Notes: generated by a model not told the origin, from the sequence alone. Shown: positions 25,798-35,557, numbered from the stretch's first letter. The stretch: 48,558 nt of DNA from Patescibacteria group bacterium (GCA_038065515.1 JBBTQV010000047.1:1-48558); one strand, 5' to 3'. A program made the numbers and translations.

Positions 25798-25806
25798 TGG
25801 TATACT
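25798..25806 (+). promoter_or_regulatory. extended -10 box TGGTATACT
   Basis: Ends 7 nt before the ATG at 25814, with no SD. The same 9-mer occurs upstream of two other genes. Confidence 0.45.
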
Positions 25807-25813
25807 TTTGGGT

Positions 25814-27532
25814 ATGAAGACCAGCAAGAATGTCCTGATCATTGAGGATAATAAAGTCATGGCTCAACTTTTGAGCGAAAAGATTGCCCACCAGGGCCTG
25901 GTGCCGGTGCACGCGGAGAATGGAAAGGCGGGTCTCGAGGCCCTCAAAAAAAGTGTTCCTGCATTGGTTCTTATCGATTTCCCCTTATCGGGATCTCCGG
26001 ACGGGTTTGAGTTGCTGGAAACAATTCGCAAAGGCTACGCTATCGACAAGCTGAAAATCCTTGCACTACTCCACACAGCGGATATTGAAACCACCGAACG
26101 GGTCACAAAATTTGGCGCCACTGAACTACTCATAAAATCCGACCTCAATGCCGACGGCATTGTGTCCAAGGTCGTTGAAATGGTGACCGGACATCCTGTC
26201 GCGTCCATCGCGTCAACTAAAAAGCCCGCAAAAACGGCAAAAGAAGTTGAGGGGTTGATCAAAGCTTCCGGGATACAGAACACCGGTGTTGATTTTGCCG
26301 CCCGGGCACTTGCATTGAAGGACAGTGTGGAGCAGATGTTGAAGCTTCCTGAAGCGGAAATCTCCATTATTAAACTTGTTGATGACATGATGGCATACGG
26401 ATATGCGGCCCGTGCATCCGATGTACACCTTGAACCCTACGAGGATAAGCTGGTGGCGCGCATGCGCATCGACGGCATTCTTAATGATGTGTTCGTATTT
26501 CCGAAAAATTTGCACTCCGGCATTATCACGCGCATCAAAGTGCTCGGCGGTATGCGAACCGACGAGCACCAGGCCGCGCAAGACGGGCGCTTCCGCATGT
26601 CGATTGCTGATCTCGACAAACAGTTCGATGTGCGCGTGAGTATCGTGCCCACCTATTACGGCGAGAACGGTGTATTGCGACTGCTTGCCGAACAGACGGC
26701 TATCAACTCGCTCGACGACCTTGCGTTCACGGACATCGACCGCAAGAAGATACGCAAAGCAGTCAAGACGCCGTACGGTATGATTTTGGCGACCGGCCCA
26801 ACCGGTTCAGGCAAAACCACCACCCTGTATACAATATTGCGCGAGCTCAACACGCGCGAAGTGTCGGTCATTACCATCGAAGATCCGATCGAGTATTCAC
26901 TGGAAGGCGTTGACCAGATTCAGGTAAACACGCGGACCGGTCTCACCTTTGCCAACGGTTTGCGCTCGGTGCTTCGGCAGGACCCCAATATCATCATGGT
27001 TGGCGAGATACGCGACCAAGAGACCGCATCTATTGCCATCAATGCGGCGCTCACCGGTCACAAGCTGTTGAGCACCATCCACACCAACGACGCCGCAACG
27101 ACGCTTCCCCGACTCCTCGATATGGGCGTCGAGCCGTTCCTCGTCGCCTCGACGGTCAATGTCGCCATCGGCCAACGCCTCGTGCGGACGATCTGTAACG
27201 ATTGCAAAGTTCCCCGTCGCATTACTGACGGTGAATTCAACGCACTGAAAGAAAATATCCCTGCCGCAATTCTGGATGACCATCGCAACTTCGCGCAGGG
27301 GAAGGGATGCGCGGTATGTAATCACACTGGCTACCGCGGTCGTATGGGTATTTATGAAGTCTTGGAAATGAACGACTTCATCCGCGAAGCGCTGATGCGT
27401 CGCGCTGATGCCGGTGAGGTGAAAAATATCGCCATCAAGAACGGCATGACAACTCTTTTGGAAGACGGATTTATGAAAGCTGTCGAAGGTCACACGACCA
27501 TTGAAGAAATCTTGCGCGTTATACATGAATAG
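25814..27532 (+). CDS. pilB: type IV pilus / T2SS assembly ATPase (PilB/GspE) with N-terminal response-regulator receiver domain
   Basis: REC-like residues 1-120 (LIIEDN, LVLID, LLIKS). Then GPTGSGKTTT (Walker A), Asp/His boxes and CNDC...CAVC tetracysteine. Confidence 0.85.
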   Translation: MKTSKNVLIIEDNKVMAQLLSEKIAHQGLVPVHAENGKAGLEALKKSVPALVLIDFPLSGSPDGFELLETIRKGYAIDKLKILALLHTADIETTERVTKFGATELLIKSDLNADGIVSKVVEMVTGHPVASIASTKKPAKTAKEVEGLIKASGIQNTGVDFAARALALKDSVEQMLKLPEAEISIIKLVDDMMAYGYAARASDVHLEPYEDKLVARMRIDGILNDVFVFPKNLHSGIITRIKVLGGMRTDEHQAAQDGRFRMSIADLDKQFDVRVSIVPTYYGENGVLRLLAEQTAINSLDDLAFTDIDRKKIRKAVKTPYGMILATGPTGSGKTTTLYTILRELNTREVSVITIEDPIEYSLEGVDQIQVNTRTGLTFANGLRSVLRQDPNIIMVGEIRDQETASIAINAALTGHKLLSTIHTNDAATTLPRLLDMGVEPFLVASTVNVAIGQRLVRTICNDCKVPRRITDGEFNALKENIPAAILDDHRNFAQGKGCAVCNHTGYRGRMGIYEVLEMNDFIREALMRRADAGEVKNIAIKNGMTTLLEDGFMKAVEGHTTIEEILRVIHE

Positions 27533-27554
27533 CAGTTAATATTATACGGAGGGA

Positions 27555-28631
27555 ATGTCCTGGATCGATACTGTCAACAACTCGCTTTTTCGCTTGTCAC
27601 TGAAGGATAAGATGCTTTTTGCGCGCCACATGGACATGATGACGCGCTCAGGGATGCAAACGCTTGATGCGCTGGAGATTCTTAAAAAACAGACCAGGAA
27701 CAAGTCGTTTCTCCGCATGCTGGACAGTCTTATCGCGGATGTCAGAAATGGTCAGTTCCTGTCAGTCGGCATGCAACGCTATCGGAATATATTCGGTGAC
27801 TTTTTTATCAACCTCATCAAGGTCGGTGAAACATCAGGAACGCTCTCTGAAAACTTCAAGTATCTCGCTGAAGAGCTTGCCAAAAAAGGCGAACTGCGGA
27901 GCAAGATCCGCGGCGCCATGGCGTATCCCATCATTATTCTGTTCGCTACCTTGGGTATTACCGGACTCCTCTCATTCTTCATCTTTCCGAAAATTCTTCC
28001 GGTGCTCCGGAGCCTGAACACGACGCTTCCGCTTTCAACACGGATGTTCATTGCCTCTTCAGAATTCTTGTTCGCCTATGGTCTGTATATGATCCTTGCC
28101 CTTATTCTCTTTCTCATTGTGTTCTTTATGCTTTTGCGCATACGCCGCTTCAAGCTTGCTTGGCACGGCATCATCCTGAAAATTCCGTATGTGGGCCGTC
28201 TCTCTACGGAAATCAATATCATCGGATTGTCCCGTACGCTCAATTTACTGCTTCGCGGCGGCGTCAAAATTGTCGAGGCATTGGATATCACCGCCGACAC
28301 TTTGAGCAGCTTAGTCTATCAGGATGAAGTGCGACGCATCGCGGAGACTGTCCGGCGAGGCGAGCCGATGAGCCGTGGGATGATTGCCAACCCACGGCTG
28401 TTTCCGGCCACTTATGCGCAAATGTCCAGCGTTGGAGAGAGTACCGGAAAACTTGATGAAACCATGGTCTTTCTGGCGGATTTCTACGAAAGCGAACTCG
28501 ACAACTCCACAAAGAGCATGAGCAGTGTATTAGAGCCTGCCTTGCTGTTAGTGATGGGCGGCATCGTTATGTTTGTCGCGATTTCCATTATTACCCCCAT
28601 TTACTCCATGTCCCAGAGTTTGGGACGCTGA
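27555..28631 (+). CDS. pilC: type IV pilus platform protein PilC/GspF
   Basis: Two GspF repeats and three TM segments. GGAGGG lies upstream. Confidence 0.9.
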   Translation: MSWIDTVNNSLFRLSLKDKMLFARHMDMMTRSGMQTLDALEILKKQTRNKSFLRMLDSLIADVRNGQFLSVGMQRYRNIFGDFFINLIKVGETSGTLSENFKYLAEELAKKGELRSKIRGAMAYPIIILFATLGITGLLSFFIFPKILPVLRSLNTTLPLSTRMFIASSEFLFAYGLYMILALILFLIVFFMLLRIRRFKLAWHGIILKIPYVGRLSTEINIIGLSRTLNLLLRGGVKIVEALDITADTLSSLVYQDEVRRIAETVRRGEPMSRGMIANPRLFPATYAQMSSVGESTGKLDETMVFLADFYESELDNSTKSMSSVLEPALLLVMGGIVMFVAISIITPIYSMSQSLGR

Positions 28632-28632
28632 C

Positions 28633-30390
28633 ATGCGGAATCCTAATGCACAATCGGGGTTTACCGTCATCGAGGTGCTCATCGGTTTGGCGATTCTGAC
28701 TATTGTCAGCACGAGCATTTATTTTTCGTATGCGAATGTGTTGGAAATCGTTCAGACGGCACAGTACAACAACGCCGCATTGAGCATCATGGAGTCGCGC
28801 ATCGAGACCGCACGCAATATGCGGTATGAAGATGTGGGGGTGATCGGCGGCGTACCGGCCGGAAAACTCAATCAAGTCGAGACCGTCACGCTCGGCTCCG
28901 TCCCGTTTACCCTGCATGCCTATGTACGCAACATCGATGACCCGTTCGACGGCACTATCGGTGGCACTCCTAATGACACGGCGCCTGCCGACTATAAGCT
29001 CGTCGAATTCCAGCTGACCTGCGATACCTGCACACGATATAAACTCCTCACCATGGTGACATATGTCGCCCCAAAGAATTTGGAGACCGCGAGCCGCAAT
29101 GGAAACCTGTTCATTCGCGTTCTAAATGCCTCCGGTATTCCCGTCAGCGGCGCAACCGTTCATGTAACCAATACACATGTGAATCCGCATGTCGACCTGA
29201 CCGATATCACGAACAATGCGGGCCTGTTGCAGCTGGTTGATATTGCAACAAGTTCTGCCGGCTATCATATAACCGTCAGTAAGGCCGGGTACAGTAACGA
29301 CCAGACCTATCCTCCGGGAAATCCGGTAAATCCGCTCAAACCTGACGCGACCGTCGCAAATCAGCAGCTCACGATTGCCACTCTCGCTATCGACCGCGTC
29401 GGCACGCTCACCGTTCGGGCACGCACGCAATTTTGCGCACCAGTCACCGGTTTTGATTTCTTGATGACCGGCGGCAAACTGATCGGTACACAACCGGATG
29501 TTCCGAAGTATTCCTCCTCGCTGGTAACAGACACCGACGGATATTTCATCAATAGCGGCGTTGAGTGGGATACCTATGCCATCCGCCCCACCGATACCGT
29601 CGACGACATTGCCGGCACAATATCATCGCTTTCGTTCACAATGGATCCCGACATGACCCGAACAATGGTGTGGCAAATTGCATCGCGCTCACAAGATGGT
29701 CTGTCAGTTTCTGTTACCGACCAAAATAGCCTACCGCTTGATGGCGCGCAAGTACAGATGACAGGAACGGGATACGACCGTACACAGACAACCGGCAGTT
29801 GGACATTGGAGCAATCTGATTGGTCTTCCGGTCAATATGTCGATAAAAGCAGCTTCCTGGACACATCCGTATCGGGCCAATTGACGCTGATGTTATCCAA
29901 CGGTTCGTACGCCAGCGCGGGGCAAGAGTGGCTTATCTCCGAGTCCTACGATCTGGGGACATCGAGCACGAACTTCACCACCTTGAACTGGGCACCCGCA
30001 TCCCAACCGCCACAAACGGGTCCTGACTCATTGCAATTTCAACTGGCCACCAACAATGACAATACAACCTGGAGTTGGGTTGGCCCTGACGGGACGCCTT
30101 CGTCATTCTTTACCGCGCCTGGACAGGCAATTCCGGCTACACTGGCCAGCAATCGCTATTTGCGCTATCGCGCGTATTTGAGTACGGCGGACGATACGGT
30201 AACCCCCACCCTGCAAGATGTAGCAATCGGTTTCTCGTCCGGTTGTGTGCTATCGGGCCAGGCCTACTTCAATGGGCTTGGCGCGGGCTCATACACCGCC
30301 ACCATAACCCTCGCAGGATATCAAGCCATTATTTCAACCATCAACATCAGCGATACCTGGCAACGCGCGTCTATACAACTCTCCCCATGA
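28633..30390 (+). CDS. large (585 aa) prepilin-type minor pilin
   Basis: N-terminal QSGFTVIEVLIGLAIL cleavage/methylation motif. CarboxypepD_reg-like segment (IRVLNASGIPVSGATVHVTN). Confidence 0.75.
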   Translation: MRNPNAQSGFTVIEVLIGLAILTIVSTSIYFSYANVLEIVQTAQYNNAALSIMESRIETARNMRYEDVGVIGGVPAGKLNQVETVTLGSVPFTLHAYVRNIDDPFDGTIGGTPNDTAPADYKLVEFQLTCDTCTRYKLLTMVTYVAPKNLETASRNGNLFIRVLNASGIPVSGATVHVTNTHVNPHVDLTDITNNAGLLQLVDIATSSAGYHITVSKAGYSNDQTYPPGNPVNPLKPDATVANQQLTIATLAIDRVGTLTVRARTQFCAPVTGFDFLMTGGKLIGTQPDVPKYSSSLVTDTDGYFINSGVEWDTYAIRPTDTVDDIAGTISSLSFTMDPDMTRTMVWQIASRSQDGLSVSVTDQNSLPLDGAQVQMTGTGYDRTQTTGSWTLEQSDWSSGQYVDKSSFLDTSVSGQLTLMLSNGSYASAGQEWLISESYDLGTSSTNFTTLNWAPASQPPQTGPDSLQFQLATNNDNTTWSWVGPDGTPSSFFTAPGQAIPATLASNRYLRYRAYLSTADDTVTPTLQDVAIGFSSGCVLSGQAYFNGLGAGSYTATITLAGYQAIISTINISDTWQRASIQLSP

Positions 30391-30983
30391 ACAACCGGGG
30401 ATTTACTCTCATCGAAATCATCCTTGCGATGGCAATCACCGGGGTAAGCTTGGTGTTTGTCACTTATTTCGCCGTTGATGTTTCCAACTTCGGCACTGAT
30501 TTGAGCAACCGGCTTTCCGCCGAATTTGAACTGCAGCTGACATTGCGTGCCATGGTTTCTGAAATCCGTTCGATGGGACCCGGCGGTAATGGTGCGTACC
30601 CGATTGCTACGGCGACAACCACTACATTTACCTTTTATAGCGACATCGACGGCGATGGCTTATTTGAGCAGGTGCGATATTTTCTCGATGGCACCGTCCT
30701 GAAAAAAGGCGTAATCAAACCGGCGGCGACTCAACCCGTTCAGTATCCCTCCGCAAGTGAAGTCATCAACGAAGCCGTTCATTATATGATACCGGGTACT
30801 ATTTTCACTTATTATCGCGAAGGGTTGCCCGATGAAATGTCGCCGCTGTCGAGTCCCGTGAATGTGGCGGACATTCGTCTTGTAAAAATCACCGGCATCG
30901 TCGACAAAGACACCACCCTGCCGCCGCTTCCGACAACACTTTCCATCACGGCCACCATCCGTAACCTTCGCGGCGAAATATGA
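30387..30983 (+). CDS. prepilin-type minor pilin (PulJ/PilW-like)
   Basis: NRGFTLIEIILAMAITG motif. ATGA overlap with the upstream gene. Confidence 0.75.
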   Translation: MNNRGFTLIEIILAMAITGVSLVFVTYFAVDVSNFGTDLSNRLSAEFELQLTLRAMVSEIRSMGPGGNGAYPIATATTTTFTFYSDIDGDGLFEQVRYFLDGTVLKKGVIKPAATQPVQYPSASEVINEAVHYMIPGTIFTYYREGLPDEMSPLSSPVNVADIRLVKITGIVDKDTTLPPLPTTLSITATIRNLRGEI

Positions 30984-32449
30984 TGACACTATTTAGAAAT
31001 TGGAAATTAGAAATTGGAAATTCCGGCGAAGCCGGTCAGATTACGCTCTATGTGCTTATCTTCAGCGCAGTTTCAATCATCATCTTATCCGGTTTTGTGC
31101 TGTGGGCTGATGCAAACATGAAGGCGGTCTTCCGCGATACTGATAGAGCGCAGGCATTCATGATAGCAGAGGCAGGCGTGGAATATTACCGGTGGCATTT
31201 GGCGCATGCACAGAGCGACTACCAGGACGGCACCGGCGGGGCCGGTCCGTATGTGCACGAGTTTAAAGATAAAGACGGTATCGTTATCGGCGCATTCTCG
31301 CTAGATATCACAGCGCCGCTGGCCGGTTCAACCGTGGTCACTATCAATTCTACCGGTACGGTCACTGCCAACCCCACCATCAGTAAAATCATTGAGGCAA
31401 AAATGGCCATCCCGTCTTTTGCAAAATACGCCATTGCGGTCAATGATTATGTGCGGTTCGGCGAGGGCACTGAAATCTTCGGACCAATTCACTCAAATGG
31501 CGGAGTACGGATGGATGGTCTCGCGCATAATTTGGTCACCAGCAGTGTGCTCAAGGTTAATGATCCTGACCATTCGGGAGGCGACGAAATAGGCGTACAC
31601 ACCCATGTAGTTCCCATCGACCCCAGCCCGCCGGCACCTGCGCCAAGCCGGCCGGATGTGTTTATGGTGGGCCGAGAATACCCGGTTGCTCCGGTCGATT
31701 TCGCCGGCATCACACAAGATTTGGCAAACATCAAAACTGACGCACAGGCTAGCGGGTTCTACCGTGGCCCCTCCAATGATGACGGGTATCATATTGTCCT
31801 AAAAACAAATGACACCTTCGATTTCTACAAAGTTACAAAGATCCTGAATGCTCCCAACGGCTGCATTAGTGTTCTCGGTCAACAGGATTGGGGGACCTGG
31901 ACTATCGAGAATGAAACTTTGTTGGGCAATTACGCATTCCCAGCTAACGGCCTTATTTTCATCGAAGACAGTATGTGGGTAGACGGCCAAATCAACACCG
32001 CCCGCGTTACCATTGCAGCTGCAACTTTCCCTGAAAATGCCTCTAAGTACGCCCATATCACGGTCAACAAAGATCTGTTGTACACCAACTATGATGGCCA
32101 GGATATTATCAGTCTCATTGCACAGGGGAATTTCAATGCCGGTCTCCAGAGCGAGGATGACCTTCGTGTGGATGCAGCCCTCATTGCACAGAACGGTCGT
32201 GTCGGGCGTTATTATTACCGCGCACCATCAGGCAACCAGAACCGGTGTGGCCCGTACCATACCCGCCAGAAAGTCACCCTTTACGGCATGATATCGTCCC
32301 GCGAGCGGTACGGCTTTGCGTACAGCGACGACACCGGGTATGTCCTCCGCGTCATTATTTATGACGCCAATCTCCTCTACGGACCCCCGCCGAGCTTCCC
32401 GCTCACCGCCGATTTCTACACGCCTATTTTCTGGAATGAAATAAAGTAG
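30980..32449 (+). CDS. PilX_N-like pilus-associated protein (489 aa)
   Basis: TM segment followed by QAFMIAEAGVEYYRWHL. ATGA overlap with the upstream gene. Confidence 0.65.
   Translation: MMTLFRNWKLEIGNSGEAGQITLYVLIFSAVSIIILSGFVLWADANMKAVFRDTDRAQAFMIAEAGVEYYRWHLAHAQSDYQDGTGGAGPYVHEFKDKDGIVIGAFSLDITAPLAGSTVVTINSTGTVTANPTISKIIEAKMAIPSFAKYAIAVNDYVRFGEGTEIFGPIHSNGGVRMDGLAHNLVTSSVLKVNDPDHSGGDEIGVHTHVVPIDPSPPAPAPSRPDVFMVGREYPVAPVDFAGITQDLANIKTDAQASGFYRGPSNDDGYHIVLKTNDTFDFYKVTKILNAPNGCISVLGQQDWGTWTIENETLLGNYAFPANGLIFIEDSMWVDGQINTARVTIAAATFPENASKYAHITVNKDLLYTNYDGQDIISLIAQGNFNAGLQSEDDLRVDAALIAQNGRVGRYYYRAPSGNQNRCGPYHTRQKVTLYGMISSRERYGFAYSDDTGYVLRVIIYDANLLYGPPPSFPLTADFYTPIFWNEIK
30994..31021 (+). repeat. 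heptanucleotide repeat TAGAAAT/TGGAAAT x4 in coding sequence
   Basis: tagaaat tggaaat tagaaat tggaaat; encodes RNWKLEIGN. Confidence 0.9.
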
Positions 32450-32592
32450 TGCGTGTGGATAAGAGTAGTGGTGCCCCCGTGATATACTAGAGAGTGAATC
32501 AAGGTCGATAGTGTTGGGGCGCTCCATGCATGACGCCTCAACGCAATGCACTCGTTGTCAGTTATTTATTAACCAACAAACTATCTAATACT

Positions 32593-33048
32593 ATGAAGGG
32601 AATTGTGAGAAAGCAAAAAGGGTTTACCCTTATCGAAATTCTGGTCGTTATCGGTATCATCGCCATTTTGGCGGCAGTTGTTATCGTAGCCCTGAACCCA
32701 GCCCGTCAGTTCGCACAGGCCCGCAACACTCAACGCTGGAGCAATGTGAACACTCTGCTGAACGCTGTCGGCCAACGCATGGCTGATAACCGCGGCATCT
32801 GGAGTTCGACTTGTGGTGCCTCAACAGTCGCGATGCCATCATCGGCGAATGTTATCGGAAGTGGTGCCGGAAACACGAACCTCGAAGCTTGTGTGGTATC
32901 GGACTATGTATCCACGATGGTTGTAGATCCGTCTGTCGGAACTCTCGCATCTACCGGATACACAATCTACAGAGCGGCAGGAACAGGCCGCATTACGGTC
33001 AATGCTCCGGCGGCAGAACTTTCGGAAGTGATTTCAGTCACCCGTTAA
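32593..33048 (+). CDS. type IV major pilin candidate
   Basis: KGFTLIEILVVIGIIAILAAVVIVAL class III signal. 151 aa. An extended -10 box TGATATACT at 32480-32488 gives a ~95 nt leader. Confidence 0.8.
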   Translation: MKGIVRKQKGFTLIEILVVIGIIAILAAVVIVALNPARQFAQARNTQRWSNVNTLLNAVGQRMADNRGIWSSTCGASTVAMPSSANVIGSGAGNTNLEACVVSDYVSTMVVDPSVGTLASTGYTIYRAAGTGRITVNAPAAELSEVISVTR

Positions 33049-33065
33049 GATAAGGAGGAATTCTA

Positions 33066-33090
33066 CAAAGCGCCCCACCGGGGCGCTTTG
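33066..33090 (+). terminator. hairpin after the pilin gene
   Basis: caaagcgccc / cacc / gggcgctttg. Confidence 0.55.
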
Positions 33091-33113
33091 TAGTCGTGGT
33101 ATACTGACATTAC

Positions 33114-34799
33114 ATGAAGCGATTGCTGTTATTCATAATTCTCGGACTCCTGTGGGCATTTCCCGCGCATGCGTCACTCTTTTACGAGTTCAATCCTGAC
33201 TATTCTCAAAGCCTGCTCGTAGCATCCTCAGAAACTGTCTCCGAAATATTTCTCCCCTTGAACGATTATCTCGGGGCTCTTGATTTTTGGGTCAGTAACG
33301 CCAATACAGCAGGTGATGCAACTTTTACGATGTACAACGCAGCCGGAACGGTGGTAGCGGAGCGAACGGTTGCGGTTCCCGCAATCGCTGATACGGCGGA
33401 CGGTACGCGGCTGCGCGTGACCTTGCCCGCACAGATTGCCGTAACCTCAAACGCAGCGTATCGCATCCGCATTGTCACCGCGACACCCACATTCCGTTTG
33501 TACTATGCCGACGCAACACAGCTGTTGGCTCACAACGGAGTTCCGCTACCGTCATACACCGGCGGACTGGCACGCATAGGAACCGATGACATGGGATTCA
33601 GCTTCAAGTTTGCGCTCTATGAGAACCATGAGACCGCACCGCCCCTATTGACCGGGGTTACCGTTACACAGCAGAATCCGCATCAAGCCACTATCAACTT
33701 CAATGCAAATGAACCGGTAGACCGCCATCTGCAATACGGAAGTACAACCATCAATTGGAATGGCGAGTACTCTTCATGCGCTCCGAATATACAGGCCTGT
33801 ACGGTAACACTGGCAGTCTCTCCCGCTACAACCTATCAGTACACGCTTACCGTACAAGATGTGTGGGGAAACCAAACGACAACGACGGGAACATTTACCA
33901 CATTGGACGAGGGTCAGACCCCTGCACCGACTCCGACCGCTACACCCACCCCTACGATTAGTGTCACAATAACCCCGACGCCGACGGCCACACCGGACAC
34001 CACCGGCCCATCATTGAGTAATGTCCGCCTTGTTTCTTCAACACCGAACAGCGCCGCGTTTGCGTGGACAACGAACGAAGCCGCGAACAGTTTGGTTGTT
34101 GTCCAAATGCTCCCGCTGTTCATCTCTGCCGGAGCGAATAATGACAGCGCGTTGGAGCTTGAACATTTTGTGAGCGTAGGCGCCCTTACCTCCGATACAT
34201 TGTACCGCGCCACAATTACATCGTCTGACATTGCCGGTAATTCAGGAGTGGCGACGCTTGACTTTATGACACCTCGGTTGACGCCAACGCCCAGCCCCGG
34301 AACGACAGTACCTCCTCCCGCCATTGTGTCACCCGCTCCGGCACCGAGTAGTACACCCGCAGTATCAGGTTCGAGTGATAATCCACAACTCACCTGGTCT
34401 CCACCTATTGGTGGTGAACCGTCAAACGGATACCGCATTGATATCTTCGACAGTGCGAACAATTTGATTAAGACCATTACCGTTGCACCCGGACAACATC
34501 AGATTGCCTTGGGTGCACTCCCGACGGGTAACAACCGCGTCGTGGTGTACGCAAACAATAACGGTGTATTTGAAAAAGTTGCCGCGCCGACAGCGATAAC
34601 CACGCGACCGCCGAAACCATTTCTCGAGCGCGCGCTGGGAGCTTTGCCGTATATTCTCGGCGGCGTTGTTTTTGTCATACTCGGAGCGGTTGTTGTTACG
34701 AAGCTCCGTATGCCAAAAACGCCTCCCATGCCTCCGGCGGTCGTTCCCGTTGCACCATCGCCGATTACCGTAAGTCCATCAACGACCGCGGCTGAATAA
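33114..34799 (+). CDS. secreted, C-terminally membrane-anchored surface protein with FN3-like repeats and Thr/Pro linkers
   Basis: Signal peptide LLWAFPAHA, PTPTATPTPT linkers, FN3-like blocks and a terminal TM segment YILGGVVFVILGAVVV. TGGTATACT lies 8 nt before the ATG. Confidence 0.7.
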   Translation: MKRLLLFIILGLLWAFPAHASLFYEFNPDYSQSLLVASSETVSEIFLPLNDYLGALDFWVSNANTAGDATFTMYNAAGTVVAERTVAVPAIADTADGTRLRVTLPAQIAVTSNAAYRIRIVTATPTFRLYYADATQLLAHNGVPLPSYTGGLARIGTDDMGFSFKFALYENHETAPPLLTGVTVTQQNPHQATINFNANEPVDRHLQYGSTTINWNGEYSSCAPNIQACTVTLAVSPATTYQYTLTVQDVWGNQTTTTGTFTTLDEGQTPAPTPTATPTPTISVTITPTPTATPDTTGPSLSNVRLVSSTPNSAAFAWTTNEAANSLVVVQMLPLFISAGANNDSALELEHFVSVGALTSDTLYRATITSSDIAGNSGVATLDFMTPRLTPTPSPGTTVPPPAIVSPAPAPSSTPAVSGSSDNPQLTWSPPIGGEPSNGYRIDIFDSANNLIKTITVAPGQHQIALGALPTGNNRVVVYANNNGVFEKVAAPTAITTRPPKPFLERALGALPYILGGVVFVILGAVVVTKLRMPKTPPMPPAVVPVAPSPITVSPSTTAAE

Positions 34800-35322
34800 C
34801 AATGTAGCGCCGCTTGAACGCGGGTAAGAATGCTTTTAATGCCAAAGCTTTGCGTCCCTCTCGTTCGCTCATCTCTTCAGGGTCATTGAGAAACACAAGT
34901 CCGTCGTGTGCGCCGGTGAGCACGACGATGTGGCCTCCTTTTCGGTACGGGTCCAAACCGGCAAAGACGCTTACCAATATCGGACCGCTCTCAATCTCTT
35001 TCACAAGTAAATCCCATGCCTCCGATAGGCTCTTCGGTGTCGGCCCGTTTGGCGCATAATCAACATTGAATCCCGTATAGCCGAAATGCCGGGCAACCTC
35101 CACGAGGCCTTTGTGCGACCATCCGACGCCCGGAAGATATGCGCCGTTACGAAGGCCTTGTGCCAGCACTTCCTCAAGAGTCGCGGTGCGATGCACAGCA
35201 TTGAGGCCGTGCCAATAATCCATGACCATCTTCAACGCGGTGATACCGCAACCGCGGGCACGCCACTCATGGTGGCCCAAGTCCGTATACTGCGAGGAAA
35301 ATGGGACATGATACGATGGCAT
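34765..35322 (-). CDS. peptidase C39-like (papain-fold) protein
   Basis: ARGCGITALKMV (Cys) and GGHIVVLTG (His) motifs. Its 3' end overlaps the convergent surface-protein gene by 35 nt. Confidence 0.6.
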   Translation of the reverse strand: MPSYHVPFSSQYTDLGHHEWRARGCGITALKMVMDYWHGLNAVHRTATLEEVLAQGLRNGAYLPGVGWSHKGLVEVARHFGYTGFNVDYAPNGPTPKSLSEAWDLLVKEIESGPILVSVFAGLDPYRKGGHIVVLTGAHDGLVFLNDPEEMSEREGRKALALKAFLPAFKRRYIVIQPRSLMDLR

Positions 35323-35377
35323 GTATGGTGGGTCAAATCTTCGTATTGTCTCAATGGCTATTGGCGGACCGCGAGTG

Positions 35378-35450
35378 TGGACCGTACCAGATTCGAACTG
35401 GTGACCTCCTCATTGCAAATGAGGCGCTCTACCAACTGAGCTAACGGCCC
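35378..35450 (-). tRNA. tRNA-Ala (anticodon UGC)
   Basis: Cloverleaf GGGCCGT/ACGGTCC with G3:U70, anticodon loop TTTGCAA and T-loop TTCGAAT. CCA is not encoded. Confidence 0.9.
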
Positions 35451-35456
35451 GAATGG

Positions 35457-35531
35457 TGGTGGGCGCACTAGGAATCGAACCTAGGGCCTCCGTCTTATCA
35501 GGACGGCGTTATACCACTTAACTATGCGCCC
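35457..35531 (-). tRNA. tRNA-Ile (anticodon GAU)
   Basis: Acceptor stem GGGCGCA/TGCGCCC, anticodon loop CTGATAA and T-loop TTCGATT. CCA is encoded. Lies 6 nt upstream of tRNA-Ala. Confidence 0.9.
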
Positions 35532-35557
35532 ATTCTTTCTTTTGTGAAATACGGCCA

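Noticed and set aside
33914-34477. 187-aa minus-strand ORF
   Set aside because: It is antisense to the Thr/Pro-rich surface protein gene. The Gly/Val repeats simply mirror the PT linkers.
35323-35377. tRNA-Ala 3' flank as an integration site for a mobile element
   Set aside because: No integrase, no direct repeat of the tRNA 3' end and no compositional break were found. The flanking genes are the pilus-associated surface protein and a peptidase.
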